A stretch of DNA of 64,000 bases from Polyangiales bacterium (GTDB lineage: Bacteria > Myxococcota_A > Polyangia > Polyangiales > Polyangiaceae). Location of the stretch: assembly GCA_038231275.1 (NCBI GenBank), contig JBBRLQ010000017.1, forward strand, positions 1-64,000, written 5' to 3'. The notes beneath the pieces are model-generated. The model saw only the letters and a list, made by a program, of their open reading frames with translations, did no database searches and was not told the DNA's origin. A program made the translations under genes and the position numbers. Below, piece by piece: positions 48,773-58,551 of this stretch (positions within the stretch are counted from its first letter, which is position 1; every line of letters starts with the position of its first letter).

Positions 48773-49783
48773 TTATGGCACGTACTGGCCGCTCTGGAGC
48801 CAGTTCATCGCGAGTGCCGTGACGAGGCTCGTGACGGCGATCGTGAGGCGCGCCTCCTGCTCGACGCTGTACGTGAGCTCCATCGCGTCCGCGCGCTCGG
48901 CGAGGAACTCGAGGAGCCACCGCGTGCGCTCGGGCAGGTGCCCGGTCCACTGGAAGACGCTCGCCGGCAGGTCGTGCTGGATGCGGCGAATGAGATCGCT
49001 CCCCGCGAGGCGCACGTTGCTCGCCTCGGTCTCGGTGAAGATGGTGCGGAGCATCTGCTCGAGCTCCGCCGGCCTCTCGTTCGAGGTGCCGACCACGCCC
49101 TTGTAGAACTGCTCGAGCGATATCGAGAGACCCGCCACGTCCTCGTCGAACTCCGCCTTCGTGATGAGCGGCTCGCGCTCGACGAGCTCCGACATGATCC
49201 GCGCGCAGTACTCGAGCTTGCGGAAGGCGCCGGGCCACTTGGCGAACTCCTTCCGCCAGTCCTGTCCCGGCGTGATCCAGATCGCGAAGGTCTCTGCCCA
49301 GTCTTCGTCGGGGTGTTTCTGCGCGTACCACCCGGGCAGGTGGTGCACGAACTCGCGGCTGAACGGGCGCGGGCGGTACTCGTCCTCGTACGGCTTATCC
49401 ATCGAGCCGAAGCGCTCCAGCCACTCCTTCGTCTCGTAGAGTTTGTAGGCGTAGTTCATGACGTGCCCCATCTCGTGGCGCAGGTACTTGAGGATGTCCT
49501 TCGGCCCAGAGCCCTCGACATGACACGCCTGCTCGGCCTGGAGCATCGTGAGCTCTGGCCGCGCGAGGTAGAACGGGATCGCGATGGCGATCGACTCGTA
49601 GGGCACGCCCCACTCGGTCGACAGATAGAAGCGCGGCTTGATGCGCGTGATGCCGGCGGCGATGATCTCGCGCTCGAACGCCTCGAGCACCGGCTCGAGC
49701 GCAGTGCCCTGGATCGTGAGGCCCAGATCGCGGATCGGGGTCGCGCGGCGCTGGCCGCCCTCGAACATGGCCGTCATCGTCAT
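48773..49783 (-). CDS. Putative zinc-binding metallopeptidase (zincin-like)
   Basis: LRHEMGH (HExxH) and WYAQKHPDEDWAETF; ATGA overlap with larC. Confidence 0.88.
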   Translation of the reverse strand: MTMTAMFEGGQRRATPIRDLGLTIQGTALEPVLEAFEREIIAAGITRIKPRFYLSTEWGVPYESIAIAIPFYLARPELTMLQAEQACHVEGSGPKDILKYLRHEMGHVMNYAYKLYETKEWLERFGSMDKPYEDEYRPRPFSREFVHHLPGWYAQKHPDEDWAETFAIWITPGQDWRKEFAKWPGAFRKLEYCARIMSELVEREPLITKAEFDEDVAGLSISLEQFYKGVVGTSNERPAELEQMLRTIFTETEASNVRLAGSDLIRRIQHDLPASVFQWTGHLPERTRWLLEFLAERADAMELTYSVEQEARLTIAVTSLVTALAMNWLQSGQYVP

Positions 49784-51147
49784 GGGACGGCTCCGAGCGC
49801 GGCGAGGGCGGCGCGAATGACCTCACGGACGGGGACGTTGTGCGCCTTGGCCGCGGCGACGCAGGCGTCGAACTCGGGCTTCACTTGAGGAGGGCCGAAC
49901 GGGCCGCCGGCGACCTTCACCGGGATGATGCCGAACGGGGTCGTGACGTCGCGTGTTTCGCGCGGCCGCTCAACGCGCGCGACGCCATGACGGCGCACCC
50001 CGAGGCTCGTCGTCTCGCGGATCATCGCGTGCGCGATCGCGTCGGCGCGGCCTTCGGTGGTGAGCGCGCTGAGCGTGAGCGCGGGGCGTCCCTTCTTCAT
50101 CGTGATGGGCGTCGCCCACACATCGAGCGCGCCCGCCTCCAGGAGCGACTCGATCGCGGCGGCGACGAGCTCTCCGGTCGCGTCGTCGATGTTCGCCTCG
50201 ATCACCGTGTGCGTGCCTTCGCCGCGCGACGCCTTCGCAGTGCTCTCGCCGAGGACCGCGCGGAGGAGGTTCGGTCGGTCGTTCAGGTTCGCGGTGCCGG
50301 CGCCCCAGCCGACGCGCTCGGGGGCGAGCTCGGGCCACCGCGACGAGCCGCGCGCGTTCGCGCCGACGATCGCGGCGCCGGTCGGCGTGACGAACTCGAA
50401 GTCGATCCCCCCGTCGTACGTCGGTAGACCACGCAAGCACTCGACCGTCGCGGGAGCAGGCAGCGGCAGGACTCCATGGCGCGCCTTCACGAAGCCGCGC
50501 CCCATCGGCAGGGGCGACACGACGAGCTCCGCGCCGATCCAGTCGAGCGCCGCCGCGCTGCCGACGATGTCGATGATCGCGTCGATGGCCCCGACCTCGT
50601 GGAAGTGCACGTCGTCGAGCGCCGAGCGGTGAACCTTGGCCTCGGCCTCCGCGAGACGCAAAAAGGCCTTCTCGGCACGCGCGCGCACGCCGTCCGAGAG
50701 CTTCGACTCGGCCAAAATTTGCTTGATTGCGCCGTACGTCCGCTCCGGCTGCGCGCCGTCCACGTGCACGTCGAACGACGCCGCGACGACCCCGCTCCGC
50801 ACGCGCGTACCGAAATGGATGTGGTACCCGGTCAAGGGCAACGCCGCCGCTGCCTCCGCCACGACGCTCTCCGGGACGCCCAGGTCGACCAGCGTAGCGA
50901 TGATCATGTCCCCCGCGAGCCCGCTCGGCGCGTCGAGGAATAGAACCTTCCCCTCCCCTTCCCCGCGCCGCAAATCCGGGCGCGCCGCCGCGCCTACGTG
51001 GTGATGCCCGTGGTCGTGCCCGTGCGCGTGAGCGTGGTCGTGATCATGATCATGACCGTGACCGTGACCATGACCATGACCATGACCATGACCATCGTCA
51101 TGGCCGTGCCCGCCCTCGTGATCGTGGTGGTGATGATCGTGTCCCAT
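49780..51147 (-). CDS. larC: Nickel-pincer cofactor nickel insertase
   Basis: [50 protein letters not shown] and KPEFD; His-rich N-terminus. Confidence 0.95.
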   Translation of the reverse strand: MGHDHHHHDHEGGHGHDDGHGHGHGHGHGHGHDHDHDHAHAHGHDHGHHHVGAAARPDLRRGEGEGKVLFLDAPSGLAGDMIIATLVDLGVPESVVAEAAAALPLTGYHIHFGTRVRSGVVAASFDVHVDGAQPERTYGAIKQILAESKLSDGVRARAEKAFLRLAEAEAKVHRSALDDVHFHEVGAIDAIIDIVGSAAALDWIGAELVVSPLPMGRGFVKARHGVLPLPAPATVECLRGLPTYDGGIDFEFVTPTGAAIVGANARGSSRWPELAPERVGWGAGTANLNDRPNLLRAVLGESTAKASRGEGTHTVIEANIDDATGELVAAAIESLLEAGALDVWATPITMKKGRPALTLSALTTEGRADAIAHAMIRETTSLGVRRHGVARVERPRETRDVTTPFGIIPVKVAGGPFGPPQVKPEFDACVAAAKAHNVPVREVIRAALAALGAVP

Positions 51148-51150
51148 CCC

Positions 51151-51915
51151 TCACCTCGATCCCGTCGTCTTCACCGCCCGAAGAATCCTCGCCGCCGCGA
51201 ACGCCGCCCCGAACCCGTTGTCGATGTTCACGACCGTCACGCCCGACGCGCACGACGTCAGCATCCCGAGGAGCGCCGCGAGCCCCTGGAACGCCGCCCC
51301 GTACCCGATGCTCGTCGGCACGGCGATCACCGGCCGCTCCGACAGCCCGCCGACCACGCTCGCCAGCGCGCCTTCCATCCCCGCGACGACGACGATGACG
51401 CTCGCCCGCTCGATCTCGCTCCTCTTGTGCAGCAGTCGGTGAATGCCCGCGACCCCAACGTCGTAGACGCGCTCGCCCTTGATGCCGAGCATCCGCATCG
51501 TCTCGACGCACTCTTCCGCAACCGGCAGATCGCTCGTCCCTGCGCTTACGACGGCGGCGACCCCGAGCTCCGGGATCGGCGTCTGCTCGAGCGTCGCCGT
51601 TCGGGACGCGGCGACGTACGCGAGCTCCGGCATCAGCTGCCGCACCTCCGCGGCCTTGTCGGCGGACAAACGCGTCACGAAGACGTTCTGCCCAGTGCGC
51701 GCAAGCTCACGCGCGATCCCTGCGATCTGTGTGGCGGTTTTCCCCTCGCCGAGGATCACCTCGGGCACCCCCTGCCGGATGCTCCGATGGTGATCGACCA
51801 TCGCGTAGCCGAGATCGGCGAACGGCAAGTCCTTGAGCGCACCGACCGCGTCGTCCACGCTGGCCTCGCCGGCGCGCACGCGCTCGAGGAGCTCGCGAAT
51901 CTTGGTGGGGTCCAT
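51151..51915 (-). CDS. larB: Nickel-pincer cofactor carboxylase (PurE-like)
   Basis: [34 protein letters not shown] and [10 protein letters not shown]. Confidence 0.95.
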   Translation of the reverse strand: MDPTKIRELLERVRAGEASVDDAVGALKDLPFADLGYAMVDHHRSIRQGVPEVILGEGKTATQIAGIARELARTGQNVFVTRLSADKAAEVRQLMPELAYVAASRTATLEQTPIPELGVAAVVSAGTSDLPVAEECVETMRMLGIKGERVYDVGVAGIHRLLHKRSEIERASVIVVVAGMEGALASVVGGLSERPVIAVPTSIGYGAAFQGLAALLGMLTSCASGVTVVNIDNGFGAAFAAARILRAVKTTGSR

Positions 51916-52067
51916 GGACTGGTTTTGCGCTCTGGAGGGGGGGTGCAAAACTAGCAAAACCCGCGGGATTTCACAGGAAGACCGAAAGCTCAGCCGCTGG
52001 GTCTCCGAAACCAGGAACGGTTTTCGGGGGTTGCGGCCGGGTCGAACCTCCGTAAAAGGTCTCCCCG

Positions 52068-52646
52068 ATGCCCCTTCCGGTCGCCCCCCTCCTCGGCTGG
52101 CTGCTTGGGCTTTGGCTCGCCTGGACCGCGCGGGGCGAACGCCCCGATCGCGCACCGGGCACCCCCGGAGGCGGGCGGGACGGCGCGGGCTCCCTCCTCT
52201 TCTTCTCTCTGTCGCGTCCGCTGGTGGTGGCCGCGGCCCTCAGCGCCTTCGTCTATGCGCCGATCGTCGGATACTTCGCGGCCTTCCACGGCGACTGGTC
52301 GTACCTCTACGTCGTGCCGTGGCACCGCGTCCCCTCGGCGCTCGATCTCGTGCTGGTTCTTCTCGCCAGCGCGACAATTCCTGCCGGCGTCGCCGTTGGG
52401 CTCGGCCCTGCGCGCGCGGGGAGGAGCGGTCTGCTCGCGAGGTGGGCGGCCGGGCCTGCGGTGATCGCCGTCGCGCTGCTCGCCGTCTTCGCGCGGCGTC
52501 TCGCCACGAGCGCGTCGTACGCGCAGTTCCACGGCGGCTTCGGCCTCGAGCCGATCACCGAGAGCGCGCTGGGCCGCGGCGTGCTCCTCGCGGCCATCGT
52601 GCTCGGCGTCGCGGTGGCCTGGACGGCGCGTTCGCTCCGCGGCTGA
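52068..52646 (+). CDS. Multi-pass membrane protein of unknown function
   Basis: About five hydrophobic segments and DWSYLY. Confidence 0.7.
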   Translation: MPLPVAPLLGWLLGLWLAWTARGERPDRAPGTPGGGRDGAGSLLFFSLSRPLVVAAALSAFVYAPIVGYFAAFHGDWSYLYVVPWHRVPSALDLVLVLLASATIPAGVAVGLGPARAGRSGLLARWAAGPAVIAVALLAVFARRLATSASYAQFHGGFGLEPITESALGRGVLLAAIVLGVAVAWTARSLRG

Positions 52647-52658
52647 GACGCAGCAACC

Positions 52659-53222
52659 TCAGTTGCAGTAGTGAAATACCTGTCCGCCGATCGTCTTCGT
52701 TCCGCTGCACGTGTCGGTGCCGCAGGTGTTCCCCGCGTCGACATCGCAGAGCACGACGCTTCCCTGATCGCCGCAGGTGCCGGGCGCCACGCACACGCTG
52801 TTGCCGGGCCCGGCGTCGCCGAAGCCCCAGTTCTTGCCGCAGCACACCTGGTTGCTGGCGCAATCGGCCGTGCGCTCGCACGTGATGGTGATTCCGGCGG
52901 AGGGGCAAGAGGCGCCACATCCGGGGGCGGCGCCGCCGAGGCAGCATACTTGCGCCTTCGCGCACGTGACGCCTAGGCAGGCGAGCATCACGCTTCCACC
53001 CGCTTCCGGCGTGACGCCAGCATCCCCGTCGCTGGCGCCCGCGTCGCCGGTCCCCGCTCCATCCGCGCTCGCGGGCCCGTCGTCGCCGATGCCGCCGCCG
53101 TCGAGGCACGCCGTGCCCGAGCAGACGTCGAGGGCGGAGAGCCCCGACACCGCAGCGCATGCGCCGAGCGCCAGAACCCCCATGACGCCGAACGCGAACG
53201 AGAGACGAAGCGTCGAGGTCAT
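52659..53222 (-). CDS. Cys-rich lipoprotein
   Basis: LGAC lipobox, D/G/A linker, repeated C..CC motifs. Confidence 0.72.
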   Translation of the reverse strand: MTSTLRLSFAFGVMGVLALGACAAVSGLSALDVCSGTACLDGGGIGDDGPASADGAGTGDAGASDGDAGVTPEAGGSVMLACLGVTCAKAQVCCLGGAAPGCGASCPSAGITITCERTADCASNQVCCGKNWGFGDAGPGNSVCVAPGTCGDQGSVVLCDVDAGNTCGTDTCSGTKTIGGQVFHYCN

Positions 53223-53264
53223 GTGCCTCTCGAGTCTAGCCCCATCTCTTCCGTACGGGGACGC

Positions 53265-54617
53265 TCACATGACGAAGCGCAGCGTCGCGAGCGCAGACTT
53301 TTCACCTTGGTCCGGGGGACCGTTCTGAACCTGAATCCACGTGGCGAGGCGGGCGCCGATCGCGACGTGATCGGTGATCCAGTAGCTGGTGCCGAGGTTC
53401 AAATAGTGGAGCCGGGTCACGGCGCCACCGCCCACCTGGTACTGCACCTGCGTGTATTGGAGGCCCACGCCGTTCGCGCACCCGTACGTACACGTGAAGG
53501 GGTGGTCGTAGTTCAGATCGATGCCGCCGCCGAGGACGATGCCCGTGTACTTGTCCGGCGAGAGGCGGGCGACGTTGGCGGGATCGACCGTGTCGTTCTT
53601 CGTGAACGCGGCGTTGAAGAACGGGACGAGCAGCTCCTTCATGAGCTTGAGCCGCGCGTTGGCGCGCAGGTTGAACGCCCGGATGTTCTGGTCGTCGGTC
53701 TTCGTCGTGTCGGTGTCGATGACCGCGCCCTGGAACGCCGCCTTCGCATCGAACATCGGGCTCGTGTAGAGGATGCTCGGCGAGAGCATCATCATGTGGA
53801 AGCTGTCGTCGGGGAAGTTGTTCGCCGACTTGCCGATGTATTGGTACGGCTGCTCGTAGACGCGCGCGAACGGCGGGTAGGTGCCGCCGACCATCAGCGT
53901 GCCGGTGGTCGAGACCGGGTTGCCGGCGGTGAACGCGAGGCCGACGCGCAGGCCCTCGACGAGCTTGAACGTACCGCGCACGCCGTTGCCCATGTTGAGG
54001 CCGCTGTAGAGGAGCGGATCGCGCGTCGCGGTGTCCTGCAAGAAGACGTCGGCGACGTGCGCGGAGTAGTAGTCGACGCTAGCCTCGTCGGTGACGCGGC
54101 CGACCTCGATCATCGCCGGATCGATCGTGAGGCGCAGGAGCTGGTTTCGTACCTGGAGGGCCGCCTGACCTTCGTACGCGCTGGCGCCGTGGAGCGACGT
54201 GCCGCCGCTCGCCATGAGCTCGCTCTCGAACGAGATCCACGCGCCGGCCGAGCCGCGGAGGCCGAAGCGGCTGAGCGCGATCGCCGAGACGCGCGCCTCC
54301 TTGTGCTCGTTGGGGCCGTTCAGCGGGATGTCCGCCTTCACGCCGCCGACGACGCCGAGGAACGGCTCGATCTTGATCGCGGAGAGCGGGCTCTCCTTCT
54401 TCGGCTCGGGCTTCGGCTGCTCGTCGGCGTTGACGTCGGCCTTCGCGTCCGGCTTGGTATCCGGCTTCGCGTCCGGCTTGGTGTCGGGCTTCGTGTCGCC
54501 CTTCGTGCCCTCGGGCGTCTCGTCCTGCGTGCGGGCAGCGGCCTCGCGCGGAAGCATCGTCGTCATGGCGAGCACCGCGGCGGCGGCAACGCATCCTCGC
54601 AAACTTGTATTGTACAT
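53265..54617 (-). CDS. Putative outer-membrane porin-like beta-barrel
   Basis: Signal peptide, D[TA]KP repeats, many alternating amphipathic strands, terminal ATLRFVM strand. Confidence 0.62.
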   Translation of the reverse strand: MYNTSLRGCVAAAAVLAMTTMLPREAAARTQDETPEGTKGDTKPDTKPDAKPDTKPDAKADVNADEQPKPEPKKESPLSAIKIEPFLGVVGGVKADIPLNGPNEHKEARVSAIALSRFGLRGSAGAWISFESELMASGGTSLHGASAYEGQAALQVRNQLLRLTIDPAMIEVGRVTDEASVDYYSAHVADVFLQDTATRDPLLYSGLNMGNGVRGTFKLVEGLRVGLAFTAGNPVSTTGTLMVGGTYPPFARVYEQPYQYIGKSANNFPDDSFHMMMLSPSILYTSPMFDAKAAFQGAVIDTDTTKTDDQNIRAFNLRANARLKLMKELLVPFFNAAFTKNDTVDPANVARLSPDKYTGIVLGGGIDLNYDHPFTCTYGCANGVGLQYTQVQYQVGGGAVTRLHYLNLGTSYWITDHVAIGARLATWIQVQNGPPDQGEKSALATLRFVM

Positions 54618-54621
54618 ATTC

Positions 54622-56031
54622 CTACTTCGTCTTTCGTGAGCGACGGCGAAGCGCAGCGAGACCGAGCAACGCACAAGCACCAGAACCGAATCCAAAGGCC
54701 CCCGGCCTGGGCGCGCGCGCGCCGATGGCGCAGCCCGCGAGGGCGCCCGCCCCGTCGCCCGGCGAAGCTCCTGCGCCGGAGTCCGCGCCGCCGCCGGTCG
54801 AGCCGGACGTGCCGCTCGATGACTTGCCGCTCGACCCGCTCGACCCGCTCGATCCGCCGTAGCCACCGCCGCCCGGCGTCGCGTCGTGCGCGGTGTCGGG
54901 ACCGGCATCCTTGGGTCCGCCGCCGTCGCCGCCGGCCTCGCCGCCGCCGTCACCGCCGGTGCTGCCGTCCGTGCCGGAGTCGGTGTCCGCGTCGGTGCCG
55001 CCATCGATCACATCGGCCGGCGTCACGCCGAAGAACGCGAGCGCGTGAGAGGCGCCGCAGATCTGCGCGTCGATGAAGTACGAGCCGGTCGCGCCGCAGC
55101 CGCTCGCCGGATCGACGAAGAGGCCGTGGTCCTTTCCGGTGATTGCGAACGTCTCGACGACCGCGCCGGAGGTCCCGGCGTAGACCGCGTGCGGGTAGCC
55201 GCCGACGGTGTCGGTCCTCGACGGCGTTTGCCCAACACCGTTCACGTCGGTCCACTGGCGCATGAGCGCCGTCGTGTTGGACGGGTCGACGGTGCCGTCG
55301 GCGGTTCCTTGCCAGATCGAGAGGCGCGGCCACTTGCCGGAGTAGCTGGGGTTCGCAGCGCGCACGAGATCGCCCCACGCCTTGGCGGACTGGTCCTTGC
55401 CAGGCTTGATGCAGGCGTTCGCGCCGCTGACCGACTCGGTGCAGTCGTACGGGATGCCGGAGAACGTCGCTCCGGCGGCGAAGACGTCCGGCCAGGTCGC
55501 CAGCATGAGCGCCGCCTCGGCGCCGCCCGACGAGAAACCGACGACGAAGACCTTGGCCGGATCGATCGAGAAGTCCGACTTCATCTTGTCGACCATCTGC
55601 TTGATCGACAGGTTCTCGCCCTGCCCGCGCTTCACGTTGGTGGCGTCGAACCAGTTGAAGCAGCGGAGCGCGTTGTTCGCCGTCGTCTGCGCGGGGTAGA
55701 CGACGTGGAACTTGTAGGTGTCGGCGAGGCCGTCGAAGCCGGCGTTCACCATGTCGGCCGCGGTCTGCGCGCATCCGTGGAGCACGAGGACGAGCGGCGC
55801 GTTCGAGCCGACCCCCGACGGGACGTAGCGGTACATGTCGAGGCCGCCGGGGTTCGACCCGAAGCCGCCGACCTGCTCGAGCGCCGCGAGCTTTAGGCCG
55901 GCGCCCGTCGTCGTCGCGTTCTCGGCCGCTGCGCCGGCGCTGCACGCGCCGACCGCGAGCCCGAGCCCGACGCACACCGCTCCCGTCGCGGCCGTGAGGG
56001 CGACCGCCTTGCCCATCGTGAGGTGTCGCAT
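54622..56031 (-). CDS. PHB depolymerase family esterase 3 with MYXO-CTERM-like tail
   Basis: LHGCAQ, CFNWF, GFSSG, WQGTAD and DHG; VGAC lipobox; tail AGC-hydrophobic-RRRSR. Confidence 0.9.
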   Translation of the reverse strand: MRHLTMGKAVALTAATGAVCVGLGLAVGACSAGAAAENATTTGAGLKLAALEQVGGFGSNPGGLDMYRYVPSGVGSNAPLVLVLHGCAQTAADMVNAGFDGLADTYKFHVVYPAQTTANNALRCFNWFDATNVKRGQGENLSIKQMVDKMKSDFSIDPAKVFVVGFSSGGAEAALMLATWPDVFAAGATFSGIPYDCTESVSGANACIKPGKDQSAKAWGDLVRAANPSYSGKWPRLSIWQGTADGTVDPSNTTALMRQWTDVNGVGQTPSRTDTVGGYPHAVYAGTSGAVVETFAITGKDHGLFVDPASGCGATGSYFIDAQICGASHALAFFGVTPADVIDGGTDADTDSGTDGSTGGDGGGEAGGDGGGPKDAGPDTAHDATPGGGGYGGSSGSSGSSGKSSSGTSGSTGGGADSGAGASPGDGAGALAGCAIGARAPRPGAFGFGSGACALLGLAALRRRSRKTK

Positions 56032-56038
56032 GGGGTTC

Positions 56039-57229
56039 CTAGTTGGTGAGCGCGGCCATCACTTGCTTGAGGCCGTTCTCGCTACGGACCGCGCCGTAGT
56101 GATTTTTGAACGCGCCGCCGACGAAGTAACAAGAGGTGTCGACGTCCGCGAGCGTGACGGTGAGGTTGTTCGCGCCCTTGAGCGTCGCGCTCCCTTGCGA
56201 CACGAACTCGTCCTGGAGCGTCGCCGGGGGCGGCGGATCCTGCATGACGATCGTGACGTAGCTGACCTTGTTGCCGCCGCACACGCCGGCCTGGCCATAC
56301 GCGGTGTTGCCGTCGGCGCACGGCGTCTCGTAGGCGCCGTCGGGGCCGTTGTTGGGGATCGAGAACGGCGTCGGCGTGAACGCGGTGCGATCGCCCATCT
56401 CGCAGGTGACGCGGCCGCGCATCGTGGGGTTCGACGCGCAGAGCGCGCGGAAGCTGGAGACGCCGTGGTTCGCGCCGGACGCAAGGAGAAGCGTCTTGAT
56501 GCGCTCGAACGGCTTCTTCCCCGCGCGGTGGAGGCGGCGGAGCGAGTCACGGATGACGGTCGGGCCGAGCGAGAAGCCGACGATCGAGAACTTGCGGGTC
56601 GGATAGGCCGTCATCATCGAGTCGATGAAGTGCGCGAGGATCGGCACGTACCAGCCGTGGTCGATGTTGCGTCCGGCGTTCTCGGTGGCGTTGTTGCCCG
56701 TCGGGTCGTCGTTCTTGTCGATGCGTGCGTCGACGGCGAAGACCTTGAAGCCGGCGCCGAGGAGCCGCTCCGACAGCATGGGCGTCGGCGGGTTCGGCGG
56801 CGCGACGGGGGGAGTACCGCATGGCGCGGTCGACGTGTTCATCTCGTAGTCGGCGGGCGTCGACGAGTTGCCGTGCACGAGGAGGACGATCGGCTTGCTC
56901 GTGTCCTCGTTCGGCTGCGGGTACTCCTTCGCGGCGCACTTGTAGCCGGGGATGACGGCGGGCGTGTACTGGTTCGCGTTGGTCGCGCCGGCGGGGCGCG
57001 CCGAGAGGCCGTCGGTCGTGCACCCGGGGTGCTTCGTCAGATCCTCGCGGTATTGGATCGCGTCGGCGTTCGTGGTGTTCGCGGCGGGATCGCTCCCGCC
57101 CGCGTCGCCCACCGGTGGCGGCGTCGTGGTCCCGCCGTCGGTGGCGGAGGCGGTCTGCGTGAGGCACGCACCGCTCGTGAGCGCGATGAGGCCAGCCAAT
57201 GCAATACGTGCAGAATACATTATGGTCAC
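56039..57229 (-). CDS. Lipase-like alpha/beta-hydrolase lipoprotein
   Basis: SGAC lipobox, LLVHGNS, GFSLG, GANHG, DEFV and C-terminal NHY. Confidence 0.82.
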   Translation of the reverse strand: MTIMYSARIALAGLIALTSGACLTQTASATDGGTTTPPPVGDAGGSDPAANTTNADAIQYREDLTKHPGCTTDGLSARPAGATNANQYTPAVIPGYKCAAKEYPQPNEDTSKPIVLLVHGNSSTPADYEMNTSTAPCGTPPVAPPNPPTPMLSERLLGAGFKVFAVDARIDKNDDPTGNNATENAGRNIDHGWYVPILAHFIDSMMTAYPTRKFSIVGFSLGPTVIRDSLRRLHRAGKKPFERIKTLLLASGANHGVSSFRALCASNPTMRGRVTCEMGDRTAFTPTPFSIPNNGPDGAYETPCADGNTAYGQAGVCGGNKVSYVTIVMQDPPPPATLQDEFVSQGSATLKGANNLTVTLADVDTSCYFVGGAFKNHYGAVRSENGLKQVMAALTN

Positions 57230-58551
57230 TTTCCCGTTTTCCGTGAACGACGACGCGTGACGGCGAGGCCGACGAGCGCGCCAAAACCGCCAAATCCAAG
57301 ACCGCCGAAACCGGCGCGTGTCTGTGTGCTTCCGATCGAGCAGCCCGCGAGGCCGGAGCCCTGCGGGGTGCCTCCGCCGAAGACGCCTGCGTCGCCCCCC
57401 GCTCCTGCGTGCGGCGGAGTTGCTCCGGCGCCGCTTGTCCCGCTGCTTCCCCCGCCGTACCCGCCGCTGCCCGGCTTGCCGGCGTCGTGAACGGCTCCCG
57501 AGCTTCCGCTCGAACCGCCCGCGCCGTCGACGCCGCCGTCGACCGCCGCCTCCGCCGCGCCGATGCCGAAGAAGCCGGCGACGAGCTGCGCAGAGCAGAT
57601 CTTCGCGTCGAGGACGTACGCCGCCGCGGTGCCGCAGCCGCCCGCCGGATCGACGAAGATGCCGTGGTCCTTGCCGGTGATCGCGTACGTCTCGACGACG
57701 ACGTTGCCCGCAGAGTCCTTGTACGTGTCGTGCGGGTAGCTCTGGACGGTGTCACTTGCGGACGGCGTTGAAGGCGCGCCGTGTACGTCGGTCCACTGGC
57801 GCATCAGCTCCTTGGTGTTCGACGGATCGACCGTCGCGTCGGAGGTGCCCTGCCAGATCGAGAGACGAGGCCACGCGCCCGTGTAGCTGCTGTTGGCGGC
57901 GCGAACGAGGCTTCCCCAGGTCTTGGCGTCCTGATCTTTGCCGGGCTTCATGCACGACGACGCGCCGGCGACCGATTCCGCGCAGTCGTACGGGATGCCG
58001 CCGAACGTCGCGCCGGCCGCGAAGACGTCGGGCCACGTCGCGAGCATGAGCGCGGCCTCGGCGCCGCCCGACGAGAAGCCGACCGCGAAGACGCGCTTCG
58101 GATCGACCTGGACGTCGGCCTTCATCTTGTCGACCATCTCCTTGATCGACTGGTTCTCGCCCTGGCCGCGCTTCAAGTTCGCCGGGTTGCCGTAGACGCC
58201 GGCCCAGTTGAAGCACTTGTAGGGGTTGTTGGCCGTCGTCTGCTCCGGGTAGACGACGGTGAACTTGTACTTGTCGGCGAGCGTGTTCCAGCCGGCGTTG
58301 ACCATGTCGACCGCGCCTTGCGTGCAACCGTGCATCAGCACGACGAGCGGCGCGTTCGGGCCGACGCCGGCGGGCACGTAGCGGTACATGACGAGGCCGG
58401 CGGGGTTGGTGCCGAAACCGGTGACCTGCTCGAGGCCGCTCGCCGTGACGGTGAGCGCTTCTGCGCCCCGCGTGACGTCGAGGGTGGAGTCGGTGGCGTC
58501 CGCGCATCCGACGAGTGCGACGGCGCCGGCGAAGAGGAGACCGAGCTTCAT
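57226..58551 (-). CDS. PHB depolymerase family esterase 2 with MYXO-CTERM-like tail
   Basis: LVGC lipobox, MHGCTQ, CFNW, GFSSG, WQGTSD and DHG; tail AGCSIG-hydrophobic-RRRSR; ATGA overlap. Confidence 0.9.
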   Translation of the reverse strand: MKLGLLFAGAVALVGCADATDSTLDVTRGAEALTVTASGLEQVTGFGTNPAGLVMYRYVPAGVGPNAPLVVLMHGCTQGAVDMVNAGWNTLADKYKFTVVYPEQTTANNPYKCFNWAGVYGNPANLKRGQGENQSIKEMVDKMKADVQVDPKRVFAVGFSSGGAEAALMLATWPDVFAAGATFGGIPYDCAESVAGASSCMKPGKDQDAKTWGSLVRAANSSYTGAWPRLSIWQGTSDATVDPSNTKELMRQWTDVHGAPSTPSASDTVQSYPHDTYKDSAGNVVVETYAITGKDHGIFVDPAGGCGTAAAYVLDAKICSAQLVAGFFGIGAAEAAVDGGVDGAGGSSGSSGAVHDAGKPGSGGYGGGSSGTSGAGATPPHAGAGGDAGVFGGGTPQGSGLAGCSIGSTQTRAGFGGLGFGGFGALVGLAVTRRRSRKTGK

